Notes: generated by a model from the letters alone, not told the origin. A stretch of DNA of 25,780 nt from an uncultured Pseudomonadales bacterium (GCA_964395485.1 CAYNBK010000001.1:1-25780), one strand, 5' to 3'. Shown: positions 13,199 to 22,786, numbered from the stretch's first letter. Program-made: numbers and translations.

Positions 13199-15193
13199 AT
13201 GAACATACAAATACCATACACCTGGCTGCTTGAACATCTCGACACAAGGGCGACGCCGAAACAAATAGCCAAATATTTGTCATTGTGCGGCCCCTCGGTG
13301 GAGAGGATTTTAACTATTGAGGGAGAGCCGGTATTTGACATCGAAGTCACCACCAACCGGGTAGATTGTATGAGCGTAGTGGGTATTGCCAGGGAGGCGG
13401 CAGCTATCTTACCCCAATTTAAAATTCCGGCCAGATTTAAAGCTCCATCGCCGCCGCCGGTGAAGCAAATATTAAACCCTATCCCTTTATACATTAAAAA
13501 CGACCCCAAGCTATGCAAGAGAATTATGGCGATAGTAATGGAAATCGAGCCGGCTATATCAAGCACATTAATACAAAAACGCTTAAAACAGGTAGGTATG
13601 AGGCCTTTAAACAGTATTGTCGATGTTACCAATTATATCATGAACGATGTCGGCCATCCCACCCATGTGTTTGACTATGACAAAATAAAAAGTAAAAAGC
13701 TTATTATCCGTAAGTCCAAAAAAGGCGAAACAGCCGTCAGCTTTGACAACAAAAAATATACGCTTACCGGCGGAGATATTGTGATTGATGACGGCACAGG
13801 GACAATCATTGACCTGCCGGGAATTATCGGTACCAAAAACAGCGTTGTCAGTCCCCAGACAAAAAGAATAATATTTTTTATGGAGACCAGCAACCATATA
13901 AAAATCCGCCAGACCTCTATGACCCACGGTATCCGTACCGTAGCGGCCACTCTAAACGAAAAATCTGTCGACCCGGAGCTGGCGCCGCTGGCTTTTGCCA
14001 AAGGTGTCAATATGTTTAAACAAATGGGGGGCAAACAGATTTCCAGCCTCATCGATATTTACCCTGGAAAAAAAGCGGCAAAAACACTCATGGTTACTCA
14101 CGCTTTACTGGAAAAATTAATGGGCGTTAAACTGGCTTTAAAAAAGGTAATGGCTATTTTTTCCGCCCTGGGTTTTGAACCCATGCAAAATCAGGGAGAG
14201 TATAGAGTAAAAATACCTTCCTGGCGCCGCAAAGACATAAATATAAAAGAAGACCTGGTAGAAGAAATCGCCCGAATTTACGGCTACCACAATATTCCTA
14301 GTGCAGTGCCGGCGGCCAGTTTCATGCTTGGCACTTTTGACAAAAAATTTTATTGGGAGCAAAAGCTAAAAGATGCTTTTAAATACTCCGCTTTTACCGA
14401 GCTTTATACTTATTCGCTGGTTTCCGAAAAACTTATTGTAAAAACCGGGCTTGAGCCAAAAACTCATCTCAAACTTAAAAACCCCTTGTCCGAAGAGTGG
14501 GAATACCTGAGAACCCAGCTTTTGCCCTCTGTACTTACGACTTATAGCGAAAATGAAAGCCGCGGCCAAAATTTGTCTTTATTTGAAATTGCCAATGTTT
14601 ATCTGCCCAAAAAGAAAGATCTGCCAGAGGAAAAACTCCACCTGGCACTTGTCAGCAACAAAGATTTATTATCTCTAAGGGATCAACTGCAGGAAATTTT
14701 TGCTTCCATCGGACAAAAACTAGTTTTTACCCCCAGGCAAAACAAGTATATAAGCCGAGGCTTTATCATAAGGTTCAAGGATAAAGAAATCGGATATTTG
14801 GGTTGCCCTGTTCCTTATCAGCAAAAAATATTTTCTCTGGCAAGAAAAATTGTTGTCGCCGAGCTAAAGCTGGAAAATATTATAAGTACTGCCAAAATCT
14901 CTTGCCATTACGAGCAAATAGCAAAGTTTTCGCCAATTATCGAAGATCTTACTTTTGAAGTACCCCCAACTGTCTCCAGGGTTAATATTTCCCGCGAAAT
15001 TACATCTTCCGGGAATCCTTTGGTTGAAAAAGTAGAATGGAAGTATGACTACCAAAACAGAGCTACTTTTACCATCTATTATCTGGACAAAAATAAACAA
15101 CTGACAAGCCTCGACGTGGCAGAAAACAGGAAAAATATTGTCACGGCTCTGCAAACAAAACTAAACTGCCGCTTGGTAGGCAGCCTCGGCTAG
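13199..15193 (+). CDS. pheT: Phenylalanyl-tRNA synthetase beta subunit (lacks the B2 OB-fold)
   Basis: EVTTNRVDCMSVVGIARE directly after B1, NSIVDVTNY, HPTHVFD, PSWRRKDINIKEDLVEEIARIYGY, NPLSEE. Confidence 0.96.
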   Translation: MNIQIPYTWLLEHLDTRATPKQIAKYLSLCGPSVERILTIEGEPVFDIEVTTNRVDCMSVVGIAREAAAILPQFKIPARFKAPSPPPVKQILNPIPLYIKNDPKLCKRIMAIVMEIEPAISSTLIQKRLKQVGMRPLNSIVDVTNYIMNDVGHPTHVFDYDKIKSKKLIIRKSKKGETAVSFDNKKYTLTGGDIVIDDGTGTIIDLPGIIGTKNSVVSPQTKRIIFFMETSNHIKIRQTSMTHGIRTVAATLNEKSVDPELAPLAFAKGVNMFKQMGGKQISSLIDIYPGKKAAKTLMVTHALLEKLMGVKLALKKVMAIFSALGFEPMQNQGEYRVKIPSWRRKDINIKEDLVEEIARIYGYHNIPSAVPAASFMLGTFDKKFYWEQKLKDAFKYSAFTELYTYSLVSEKLIVKTGLEPKTHLKLKNPLSEEWEYLRTQLLPSVLTTYSENESRGQNLSLFEIANVYLPKKKDLPEEKLHLALVSNKDLLSLRDQLQEIFASIGQKLVFTPRQNKYISRGFIIRFKDKEIGYLGCPVPYQQKIFSLARKIVVAELKLENIISTAKISCHYEQIAKFSPIIEDLTFEVPPTVSRVNISREITSSGNPLVEKVEWKYDYQNRATFTIYYLDKNKQLTSLDVAENRKNIVTALQTKLNCRLVGSLG

Positions 15194-17886
15194 CTAGGAG
15201 TAGGGGATAAAGCTAGGCTTGGTGTTAGTGTGGGCGTAGCTTTAGTGATCGTGGTCGGAGTTGGTGTAGGCACAGCTTTAGTGGTCGGAGTTGGTGTAGG
15301 CACCGGGCTCCAATCCCAGGCTTTGTTAATCCCTATTTTGGCTGTTGTTTCAGTATTTTCCAAATTATTGTCTGTCAACTTTGCTTTTAAGGTATAAGTA
15401 CCGTCCGGCAAGACTATTTTAAATGAGTAGGGCTTGTTATAAATAGTTTCCTTAAGTTCCCCATCAATAAAAAGCTCGATTTTTTTCACGCCGGATGCCG
15501 CATAGGCATCGATATCTATTGACACATCATTGCCGTAGCTTTTTTCGTTTTGCGGTTCATTAAAACGGATAAAGCGCTCTTCACTGCTATCGCACGTCTC
15601 GCTCGGATAGTGGTATTTAGGATCTGATTGTTTGGCTATCCAGGCGTCAATTCCTTCCTGCCAGCGGTTTTGGCCGTCGGTTGAAACCGGATCGTCTTCT
15701 TTTAAAACAATGTACTCTTTTTCGTCATACTCGCCTTTGGCCAGCTGAATATCTGTCGCCAATTTATCCTGTCCGCGACAAAGCTTTAACTTGGTGTGGA
15801 CGGGGTCATTTTCACTCGGCTCCATCCCTTTGACAAAATACTCTTTTCGGGAAACAAAACCATCATGCGCCTTATAGCCGGAAATTGCATCCACATCTTC
15901 TTCGAGGATATTGTCCGGCATGGGAAAAGAGCTGGCCGGGAATTTTGACAGCAAATAAAGGCTTATATTTCTCCAAATGGGAGATGCGCCGGAAACACCT
16001 GAGGCCACTTGCTTCATCGGGCTGTTATCGTTGTTTCCCACCCAAACGCCGACGATAAAATTTCTTGTCCATCCGATAGCCCAGTTATCTCTTTTGTCAT
16101 TGGTCGTTCCGGTTTTAACCGCTATATCCTGACCGGAGATATTAAGCAAGCTGTTGGCACCAAAGGTCATCTGGCGGGCGCTGTTATCAGAAAGGATAGA
16201 GTTAATAAGATAGGTGATAGCTTCGTCCAGCACTCTTTTACCTTTTTTGCTTTTGTTTTCTTCCAACACCTTACCATCCAAGTCTTCCACCTTCAGGATC
16301 GCGGTTGGTTCTACTTTATATCCGCTATTGGCAAATACACTGTAAGCCGTAGTCATGTCCAGCAAACGAACCTCGCCCCCTCCCAAAGTAACAGACAAGC
16401 CAAAGCGGGACATATTTTCTTTGCTTGGCTCTAAGCTTTCCAGGCCCATTTCATAAGCAGTAGTCATCATCGGCTTTAGGCCTATTTTAGCCAGAAGCTT
16501 GACAGAAGTTATGTTTAAAGAATTTCCCAAAGCATATCTGAGTTGAGTAGGACCATATTCAGAGTTAGTATAGTTTTTGGGGTGGTATGGCTTTTCTCCT
16601 GCTCCTCCGGGAAAGTCCGTTTCCACATCCATTATCATGCTGGAAGGGGTATATCCCATTTTAAAAGCTGCCGCGTATGTCACCGGTTTGATAGACGATC
16701 CGGGCTGGCGCAGGGCAGTAACAACATTTACTTTGCCGTCATAATTTTCGTCAAAATAGTCTTTGGACCCAACCATGGCCAGTATTTCTCCGCTTTGCGG
16801 ATCCATTACCGAAGCCGCTCCATTGCCTATATCCATGTCTTCTACCTTGACTATTTCGTCCGCTACGATCTTTTGCGCCTTTTCCTGAATATCAAGGTCC
16901 AAAGTGGTATAAACCCTCAAGCCGCCTATTTCCAGCGCCTGCGCGCCATATTTATCTTCCAAAAGCTGTCTTACATACATAACAAAGTGGGGGGCTTTAA
17001 ATTCTCCTGAGGGGGTGGCAAACTCCATTTTATCCAAATCGATCAAAGCTTGCTTCTCCTGATCTTTGTCAATATATGAGTCCTCGCGCATCCTTCTTAA
17101 AACGTTAATCGTCCTGCCTTTATAGGCTTCTTTGGTACCGTAAAAAGGAGAATAAACCGATGGGCTTTGAGGAAGTCCGGCCAAAAAGGCCGATTCAAGC
17201 AGATCCAAATCTTTGGCGCTTTTATTAAAATATGTTTCGGCGGCTACTTCTACCCCCCAGGCTGTACCTCCATACGGCGCCTCATTAAGATACATCTGCA
17301 GTATTTCATCTTTACTGTATTTTCTCTCTATTTGAATAGACAAAATGAACTCTTTTATTTTCCGAGGTAATGTTCTTTCCGAGGTCAAAAGGACATTTTT
17401 TACTAACTGCTGTGTTAAGGTAGAACCGCCCTCCAGCCGATGGTGTATAACAATATTAAACATCGCCCTGACAAACCCTAATGGGTCAAATCCGGCGTGG
17501 TTGTAAAAGTTCTTGTCCTCTATGGCAACAGTAGCATTTTTTAGATTTTGCGGAATATCGACAATAGTGACAGGTATTCTTTTTTCATCAGAATAAACGT
17601 CATAAAGGATTTTTCCATTGCGGTCAAAAATCTTACTGGTAAAGCCTTCTCTCCTGACTACTTTATCCGGCCGAGGTAAATCCTTGGCAAACCAAGCGAA
17701 AAGAAAAATCACCATTAAAAAAGAGCCAAGCACTCCAAAAAAAGCAAACAAAGCCGCCAGCCTTATCAGCTTTGCCCTGTTTAACTGCGCCAAAAAAGGA
17801 AATCTGGAAACTAAGCCTTTACTATAATAAGGCCGCCGTCTTTTTAACTTAGCGATTCTGCTCATATGGGTTTTATACCAAGACAT
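15190..17886 (-). CDS. Class A penicillin-binding protein (PBP1A family) with C-terminal Ig-like domain and Pro/Thr tail
   Basis: TM anchor, TG motifs EDKNF and GGSTLTQQ, TP motifs SSIK, SLN and KTG. The start is more likely ATG 17886 or 17865 than the track's TTG 17919. Confidence 0.93.
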   Translation of the reverse strand: MSWYKTHMSRIAKLKRRRPYYSKGLVSRFPFLAQLNRAKLIRLAALFAFFGVLGSFLMVIFLFAWFAKDLPRPDKVVRREGFTSKIFDRNGKILYDVYSDEKRIPVTIVDIPQNLKNATVAIEDKNFYNHAGFDPLGFVRAMFNIVIHHRLEGGSTLTQQLVKNVLLTSERTLPRKIKEFILSIQIERKYSKDEILQMYLNEAPYGGTAWGVEVAAETYFNKSAKDLDLLESAFLAGLPQSPSVYSPFYGTKEAYKGRTINVLRRMREDSYIDKDQEKQALIDLDKMEFATPSGEFKAPHFVMYVRQLLEDKYGAQALEIGGLRVYTTLDLDIQEKAQKIVADEIVKVEDMDIGNGAASVMDPQSGEILAMVGSKDYFDENYDGKVNVVTALRQPGSSIKPVTYAAAFKMGYTPSSMIMDVETDFPGGAGEKPYHPKNYTNSEYGPTQLRYALGNSLNITSVKLLAKIGLKPMMTTAYEMGLESLEPSKENMSRFGLSVTLGGGEVRLLDMTTAYSVFANSGYKVEPTAILKVEDLDGKVLEENKSKKGKRVLDEAITYLINSILSDNSARQMTFGANSLLNISGQDIAVKTGTTNDKRDNWAIGWTRNFIVGVWVGNNDNSPMKQVASGVSGASPIWRNISLYLLSKFPASSFPMPDNILEEDVDAISGYKAHDGFVSRKEYFVKGMEPSENDPVHTKLKLCRGQDKLATDIQLAKGEYDEKEYIVLKEDDPVSTDGQNRWQEGIDAWIAKQSDPKYHYPSETCDSSEERFIRFNEPQNEKSYGNDVSIDIDAYAASGVKKIELFIDGELKETIYNKPYSFKIVLPDGTYTLKAKLTDNNLENTETTAKIGINKAWDWSPVPTPTPTTKAVPTPTPTTITKATPTLTPSLALSPTPS
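15251..15303 (-). repeat. 23-nt exact direct repeat at 30-nt period in the PBP Pro/Thr tail
   Basis: GTGGTCGGAGTTGGTGTAGGCAC at 15251 and 15281, encoding VPTPTPTT twice. Confidence 0.9.
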
Positions 17887-17941
17887 ATTATTGAGTCTTA
17901 AGTCTCCACAGTTTAACAAATCTCCTATTGTTCTGCAACTT

Positions 17942-17956
17942 CAACCCCGGGGGTTG
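17942..17956. repeat. GC-rich palindrome upstream of the RAYT (candidate REP)
   Basis: CAACCCC-G-GGGGTTG. Confidence 0.7.
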
Positions 17957-17960
17957 TGCC

Positions 17961-17989
17961 TTGACTAAACCTCGGGATATTTGTATAAT
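17961..17989 (+). promoter_or_regulatory. Near-consensus sigma70 promoter of the RAYT
   Basis: TTGACT-17 nt-TATAAT, 8 nt before ATG 17998. Confidence 0.8.
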
Positions 17990-17997
17990 TTACCTAT

Positions 17998-18669
17998 ATG
18001 CCAATCCGCCAAACGCCGCTTGTTACCAGCCATTATTACCATATTTTTAACCGCAGTATTGCCAAGATCCCCATTTACCTTTCCATTCCCGATCATTTAA
18101 GGTTTTTAGAAATAATGCATTTTTACCAATACCAAAACCCGCCTTTAGCCTATTCTCATTTTAAAGACTTGGCCAAAGAAAGGCAGGCAAAATTTATAGC
18201 TGGTCTTAGTAAAAACAAACAAACTCTTGTCGATGTCATTTGCTTTTGCCTTATGCCAAATCATTTTCATTTAATTCTGAAACAAAACCAGGACAAAGGC
18301 ATTTCGGATTTCTTAGGTAATATCCAAAATAGCTATGCCAAATATTTTAATCTCAAAAGAAAACGGACGGGTTCATTGTTTCAAAGCGGTTTTAAAGCCG
18401 TTCTCATCGAAGACGATGATCAACTAAAACATGTCTCGCGTTATATTCACCTCAATCCTTATACCTCAATGTTAATCTCAAAGCCTGAAAACCTAAATCA
18501 ATATTTATGGTCTTCATTTTCTCAATACACTGGTATAAAAAATGGTTTTTGCCAGTGCGGAATAATTTTGGATCAATTTAAAAGCCGGGCAGAGTACAAA
18601 TCTTATGTACTTAATATGGCGGATTATCAAAAAAAATTAGGGGAGATCAAACACTTAATAAAAGAGTAA
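17998..18669 (+). mobile_element. HUH/Y1 transposase (REP-associated tyrosine transposase / IS200-like)
   Basis: YYHIFNR, FCLMPNHFHLIL (HUH), GSLFQSGFK, catalytic RYIHLNP, YLWSS. No tnpB nearby. Confidence 0.88.
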
Positions 18670-18675
18670 AAAAAA

Positions 18676-19110
18676 TTAATTTTCAAGAATAACAGTAACC
18701 GGCCCCTCGTTTTGCAAGTAAACCTGCATATAAGCGCCGAACACACCGCTTTCAACTTTCAGTTTACTGTCCTTAAGTTTACTGATAAAGTAATTATACA
18801 GCCTCTTTGCTTTATCACCTTTAGCCGCCTTGGTAAATCCTGGTCTACGGCTTTTTGTGTCAGCATAAAGAGTAAATTGAGAAGCCACCAATATTTCTCC
18901 CCGAACTTCTTTAACAGACAGGTTCATTTTACCACTCTCATCAGCCATCACCCTCAAATTAATCAGTTTTTCTGCCATTTCAGCGGCTTTTTTTTCGTCA
19001 TCATTTTTATGAATGCCCGCTAAAACCAGATAACCTTTCTTAATTTTTGCCACCTGCTTAGCATCTACTTTCACCTCAGCCCTTGATACTCTCTGTACTA
19101 ACAGTTTCAT
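18676..19110 (-). CDS. dtd: D-aminoacyl-tRNA deacylase
   Basis: MKLLVQRV, GKMNLSV, SQFTL, Gly-Pro motif NEGPVT. ATG at 19110. Confidence 0.96.
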   Translation of the reverse strand: MKLLVQRVSRAEVKVDAKQVAKIKKGYLVLAGIHKNDDEKKAAEMAEKLINLRVMADESGKMNLSVKEVRGEILVASQFTLYADTKSRRPGFTKAAKGDKAKRLYNYFISKLKDSKLKVESGVFGAYMQVYLQNEGPVTVILEN

Positions 19111-19117
19111 AAAAACA

Positions 19118-19146
19118 ATTATAGTCTTCAAATTTATGGCAGTAAA
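19118..19146 (-). promoter_or_regulatory. dtd promoter (probably leaderless)
   Basis: Minus strand TTTACT-17 nt-TATAAT, 7 nt before the ATG. Confidence 0.65.
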
Positions 19147-19179
19147 TAGCATATAAATCCCGATGTTTGGTCGAGACTC

Positions 19180-19192
19180 AACCCCCGGGGTT
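19180..19192. repeat. Inverted copy of the 17943-17955 palindrome core
   Basis: AACCCC-C-GGGGTT is the reverse complement of AACCCC-G-GGGGTT. Confidence 0.7.
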
Positions 19193-19247
19193 TAGATTGA
19201 CACTGGATAGACAAAAAGAATATTATCAATTAAAATCAAGGATAACT

Positions 19248-20435
19248 ATGGACAAAATTGATGAGCTATTAACCAGGAGAGTAGATACTGTTTACCCAAA
19301 CAAAAAAAGCTTGGAAAAAGTGCTTAGATCCGGAAAAAAACTCCGTCTCTATCAGGGCTTTGACCCGACCGGCGGCCGCCTGCACTTGGGCCACACCGTC
19401 GGCATCCGCAAACTGATGGAGTTTGCCGCTCTCGGGCATGATGTGATTTTCCTTTTTGGGGACGGGACAGTGCTAGTGGGCGATCCATCAGAAAGAGAAA
19501 AGGGCCGAAAACTCCTCAGTGAAAAGGAAGTGTCAGAAAACGCCAAGGGCTGGATAAACCAGGTAAAAGCACTGGTGGATTTTTCCAAAGTCCGTACGCT
19601 CCACAACAAAGACTGGCTGACCAAACTCACGCTCAAAGACATTATCAATATCGGCTCCAAAATAAGTGCAGTTCAGCTTTTTAAACGAGACAACTTTTCC
19701 AAACGGATAAAAAGGGGCGATACTGTCTGGTATCACGAGACCATGTATCCGCTTCTGCAAGGTTATGATTCGGTGGTGATGGACGTAGACATGGAGATCG
19801 GCGGCACCGACCAAATGTTTAATATGCTAGTCGGCCGGGAGCTTCTTCACAAATTTAAGAATAAAGAAAAGTTTGTGATGACCACTAAGATGATCCTTGG
19901 CACAGACGGCAAGACCATGAGCAAAACCAGCAATAACTGCATTTGGCTCAATGACGCACCAAAAGACATGTATACCAAGCTGATGGCCGTCAAAGACGAG
20001 CTAATACCCGACTACTTTGAATTTTTTACCAATATCCCCATGGAAGAAGTAAAAAAGATTGTCAAGGGCTTATTAAACAATACTCTGGATCCGCTAGCTA
20101 CCAAAAAACAACTGGCCTTCACCATAACGGCCGACATTCATGGCAATGTCAAAGCTGAACAGGCTCAAACAGAGTTTGCCAAAGTAGTACAAAAAGGCCA
20201 AACGCCGGCAAATATTCCTGTTTTCCCATTAAATAAACTTTCCCAAAACCCGATTGGTCCTATCGACTTGCTAAACGAAACAGGGCTAGTATCGAGCCGG
20301 TCTGAAGCAAAAAGACTGATAAAACAGGGTAGCATAGAGTTAAATAGAAAAAAGATATTACTTTTTAAGAGTTTAAAAATCTCCTCGGAGGACTTAGTCC
20401 GCTCCGGCAAGAAAAAGTGGATAAGGTTAAAATAA
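19248..20435 (+). CDS. tyrS: Tyrosyl-tRNA synthetase
   Basis: YQGFDPTG, HLGH, YPLLQGYDS, IGGTDQMFN, TMSKT, S4-like C-terminus. ATG 19248 is preferred over TTG 19167. Confidence 0.97.
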   Translation: MDKIDELLTRRVDTVYPNKKSLEKVLRSGKKLRLYQGFDPTGGRLHLGHTVGIRKLMEFAALGHDVIFLFGDGTVLVGDPSEREKGRKLLSEKEVSENAKGWINQVKALVDFSKVRTLHNKDWLTKLTLKDIINIGSKISAVQLFKRDNFSKRIKRGDTVWYHETMYPLLQGYDSVVMDVDMEIGGTDQMFNMLVGRELLHKFKNKEKFVMTTKMILGTDGKTMSKTSNNCIWLNDAPKDMYTKLMAVKDELIPDYFEFFTNIPMEEVKKIVKGLLNNTLDPLATKKQLAFTITADIHGNVKAEQAQTEFAKVVQKGQTPANIPVFPLNKLSQNPIGPIDLLNETGLVSSRSEAKRLIKQGSIELNRKKILLFKSLKISSEDLVRSGKKKWIRLK

Positions 20436-20458
20436 TATTAGATCATCGGGGTTAAAAT

Positions 20459-20572
20459 ATGAAAAAGAAAAAATTAATAAAGGCTATCTGGACAACGCTG
20501 ATTATCATTTCTTCTCTAGCCCTTATTTTGACTTCGCTTTTACCCACTTTAAGCTTTATTTTTAATCGGTGA
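20459..20572 (+). CDS. Putative 37-aa single-pass membrane protein (not in ORF track)
   Basis: MKKKKLIKAIWTTLIIISSLALILTSLLPTLSFIFNR: basic N-terminus plus hydrophobic helix, followed by a terminator. Confidence 0.6.
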   Translation: MKKKKLIKAIWTTLIIISSLALILTSLLPTLSFIFNR

Positions 20573-20593
20573 GGCTCGAACAAACAATTCTTT

Positions 20594-20621
20594 CATCGCC
20601 CGCAAGGTGATGTTTAATTTT
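20594..20621 (+). terminator. Intrinsic terminator
   Basis: CATCGCC-CGCAA-GGTGATG followed by TTTAATTTT. Confidence 0.6.
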
Positions 20622-20645
20622 GCAGCCTTTTCTACTTTTGGGCCT

Positions 20646-20674
20646 TTGACCCAATAAACAAATCAAGATATAAT
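20646..20674 (+). promoter_or_regulatory. recG promoter (probably leaderless)
   Basis: TTGACC-17 nt-TATAAT, 6 nt before ATG 20681. Confidence 0.8.
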
Positions 20675-20680
20675 AGTTTT

Positions 20681-22711
20681 ATGGCTGTATTAACTCTCCA
20701 AACTCCAGTCTCCGAGCTTTTTATGGTGGGGGAGCCTTATGCTAAAAAGCTGAAAAAACTGGAGATAGAAACTGTTGCCGATCTGCTTTATCATTTTCCG
20801 GCCAGGTATGAAGATTTCAGCCAGCTTACTCTTATCAGCCAATTGAAAGCAGGACAAGTCTCCACTATCCGCGGACAAGTCCTTGTTTTCCAAAATCTTT
20901 TTACCCGTTTTGGCAAAAATATCCAAAAAGGAGTTTTTGCCGACCAGAGCGGACAGATAAATTTTATTTTCTTTAACCAACCTTATCTGAAAAATATCTT
21001 CCGGCCGGGGGCAAAGCTGGCGCTGGCCGGAAAAGTAGAGCCGGACAATACCGGCCTTATTTTTAAAAACCCGGAGCATGAAATACTGAAAACAAATAGT
21101 TTAATGAGCGTCCACAGCGGTCGCTTGGTCCCAATTTATCCGGAAACGGCCGGTGTCAGCTCCAAATGGCTGCGCTCCCGTATTTTTCCCCTGCTTTTTA
21201 AAAAAGTTGTCGAAATCGAGGACTGGCTCCCGTCGCCGATACTGGAAAAAGAGGACTTCCCAAGCCTAGAGGAGGCCATAAAACAAATTCATTTTCCTGA
21301 AAGCGAAAAAAAAGCCACAGAGGCCAAAGACCGCCTGTCTTTTGACGAACTGTTTCTACTGCAGTTGAGGGCATTTATCAAGCGAAAAGAGTGGCAAAAA
21401 AGTGCCAAAGCCATACCAATGAAACAGTTTCCGGATAAAATACAGGCTTTTATTAAAAAACTGCCATTCCAACTGACCAATGACCAAAACAGAGCAGTTG
21501 TAGAAATAATTCAAGATTTAACAAGAAATTTTGCCGCCAACCGCTTATTACAAGGAGATGTCGGTTCGGGAAAAACTGTCGTAGCGGCTATTGCCGCTTA
21601 TTTGACTTATTTAAACGGGCACAACACTTACCTTATGGCGCCAACCGAACTTCTGGCCCAGCAGCACTACCAAACCTTTAAACAAATGTTTGCGCAAGAA
21701 AACATTTGTTTAAGCCTGATTACTTCAAGCCATAAAGAAAAGCAAAAAGAGGCAAAAATAGTCATCGGCACCCATGCCCTGCTTTTTAGAAAAAACAAAA
21801 CAAGCCCAAAACTTTTAATAATCGACGAACAGCATCGTTTCGGCGTGGCCCAGCGCAGCCAACTTTTATCATTTAAGCCCCGCCCCCACTTGCTTTCCAT
21901 GACTGCTACCCCTATCCCGCGTACTATGAGCCTGGCTTTTTATGGAGATATGGATCTTTCCCTTATCAAACAAATGCCTCTTGGCAGGAAAAAAATAAAA
22001 ACCTGGCTGGTTCCGATAGAAAAAAGACAAGCCGCCTACAAGTGGCTAGAAAAACGAATAAAAGAAGATAAAAGCCAAGCTTACATAGTCTGTCCGCTGA
22101 TCGAAGAATCCCAGTTTGAAAAAATGAAAGATATCAAGGCCGTAACGATCGAGTACGAAAGGCTACAAAAGAATGTTTTCCCCGGGCTAAAACTTGCGCT
22201 TCTTCACGGCAGGCTTAAAAGCCCGGAAAAAGACCGAATAATAAACGATTTTAAAAAGAAAAAATATGACATTCTGGTTTCTACGCCTGTTATCGAAGTG
22301 GGGATAGATATTGCCAATGCCGCCATCATGCTTATTGAGGGGTCTGAACGCTTCGGGTTGGCCCAACTTCACCAACTGCGGGGAAGAGTGGGAAGAAGCA
22401 AAAAACAGTCATACTGCCTGCTTTTTACCAGCGCCGGGGTCAAGCAAGACAGCCGCCGATTGAAAGCAATGGAGACAAAAAATTCCGGCTTTGAACTGGC
22501 GGAGCTGGATTTAAAAATCAGAGGACCGGGAGAAATATACGGACTGCGCCAATCCGGCAGAATAGAGCTAAAAATTGCCGATCTTAGCGACAGCAGACAA
22601 CTTCTGCTGGCAAAAAACTACGCTGGGAATTTTAGCAAAAATCTGCAAAAATTTCCCCTCTTGCATGAAAGGCTAAAAAACCTTAAAATAACCGATGTTA
22701 AGCCAAATTAA
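20681..22711 (+). CDS. recG: ATP-dependent DNA helicase RecG
   Basis: Wedge domain (HFPARYEDFS), LLQGDVGSGKT, MAPTELLAQQH, IDEQHRFG, MTATPIPR, QLRGRVGR, DLKIRGPGE. Confidence 0.97.
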   Translation: MAVLTLQTPVSELFMVGEPYAKKLKKLEIETVADLLYHFPARYEDFSQLTLISQLKAGQVSTIRGQVLVFQNLFTRFGKNIQKGVFADQSGQINFIFFNQPYLKNIFRPGAKLALAGKVEPDNTGLIFKNPEHEILKTNSLMSVHSGRLVPIYPETAGVSSKWLRSRIFPLLFKKVVEIEDWLPSPILEKEDFPSLEEAIKQIHFPESEKKATEAKDRLSFDELFLLQLRAFIKRKEWQKSAKAIPMKQFPDKIQAFIKKLPFQLTNDQNRAVVEIIQDLTRNFAANRLLQGDVGSGKTVVAAIAAYLTYLNGHNTYLMAPTELLAQQHYQTFKQMFAQENICLSLITSSHKEKQKEAKIVIGTHALLFRKNKTSPKLLIIDEQHRFGVAQRSQLLSFKPRPHLLSMTATPIPRTMSLAFYGDMDLSLIKQMPLGRKKIKTWLVPIEKRQAAYKWLEKRIKEDKSQAYIVCPLIEESQFEKMKDIKAVTIEYERLQKNVFPGLKLALLHGRLKSPEKDRIINDFKKKKYDILVSTPVIEVGIDIANAAIMLIEGSERFGLAQLHQLRGRVGRSKKQSYCLLFTSAGVKQDSRRLKAMETKNSGFELAELDLKIRGPGEIYGLRQSGRIELKIADLSDSRQLLLAKNYAGNFSKNLQKFPLLHERLKNLKITDVKPN

Positions 22712-22715
22712 AGAA

Positions 22716-22781
22716 AAGAGTTTAAGAGTTATAGAGTTTTAGGAGGCTGATTATCTAAAACTCTAAATATCTAAAAATCTA
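22716..22781. repeat. Head-to-head octamer arrays forming an inverted repeat
   Basis: AAGAGTTT AAGAGTTA TAGAGTTT TAG, 12-nt spacer, then CTA AAACTCTA AATATCTA AAAATCTA. Perfect 11-bp core 22732-42 / 22755-65. Confidence 0.8.
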
Positions 22782-22786
22782 AATTC

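Noticed and set aside
17998-18669. Autonomous IS605/IS200 element with TnpB
   Set aside because: There is no tnpB and no subterminal hairpin at the 3' end (only 6 nt to the dtd stop). A RAYT-type domesticated gene fits better.
19167-19247. N-terminal extension of TyrRS in the ORF track
   Set aside because: It is a TTG-started translation of the palindrome and promoter region; homology begins at MDKIDELL (19248).
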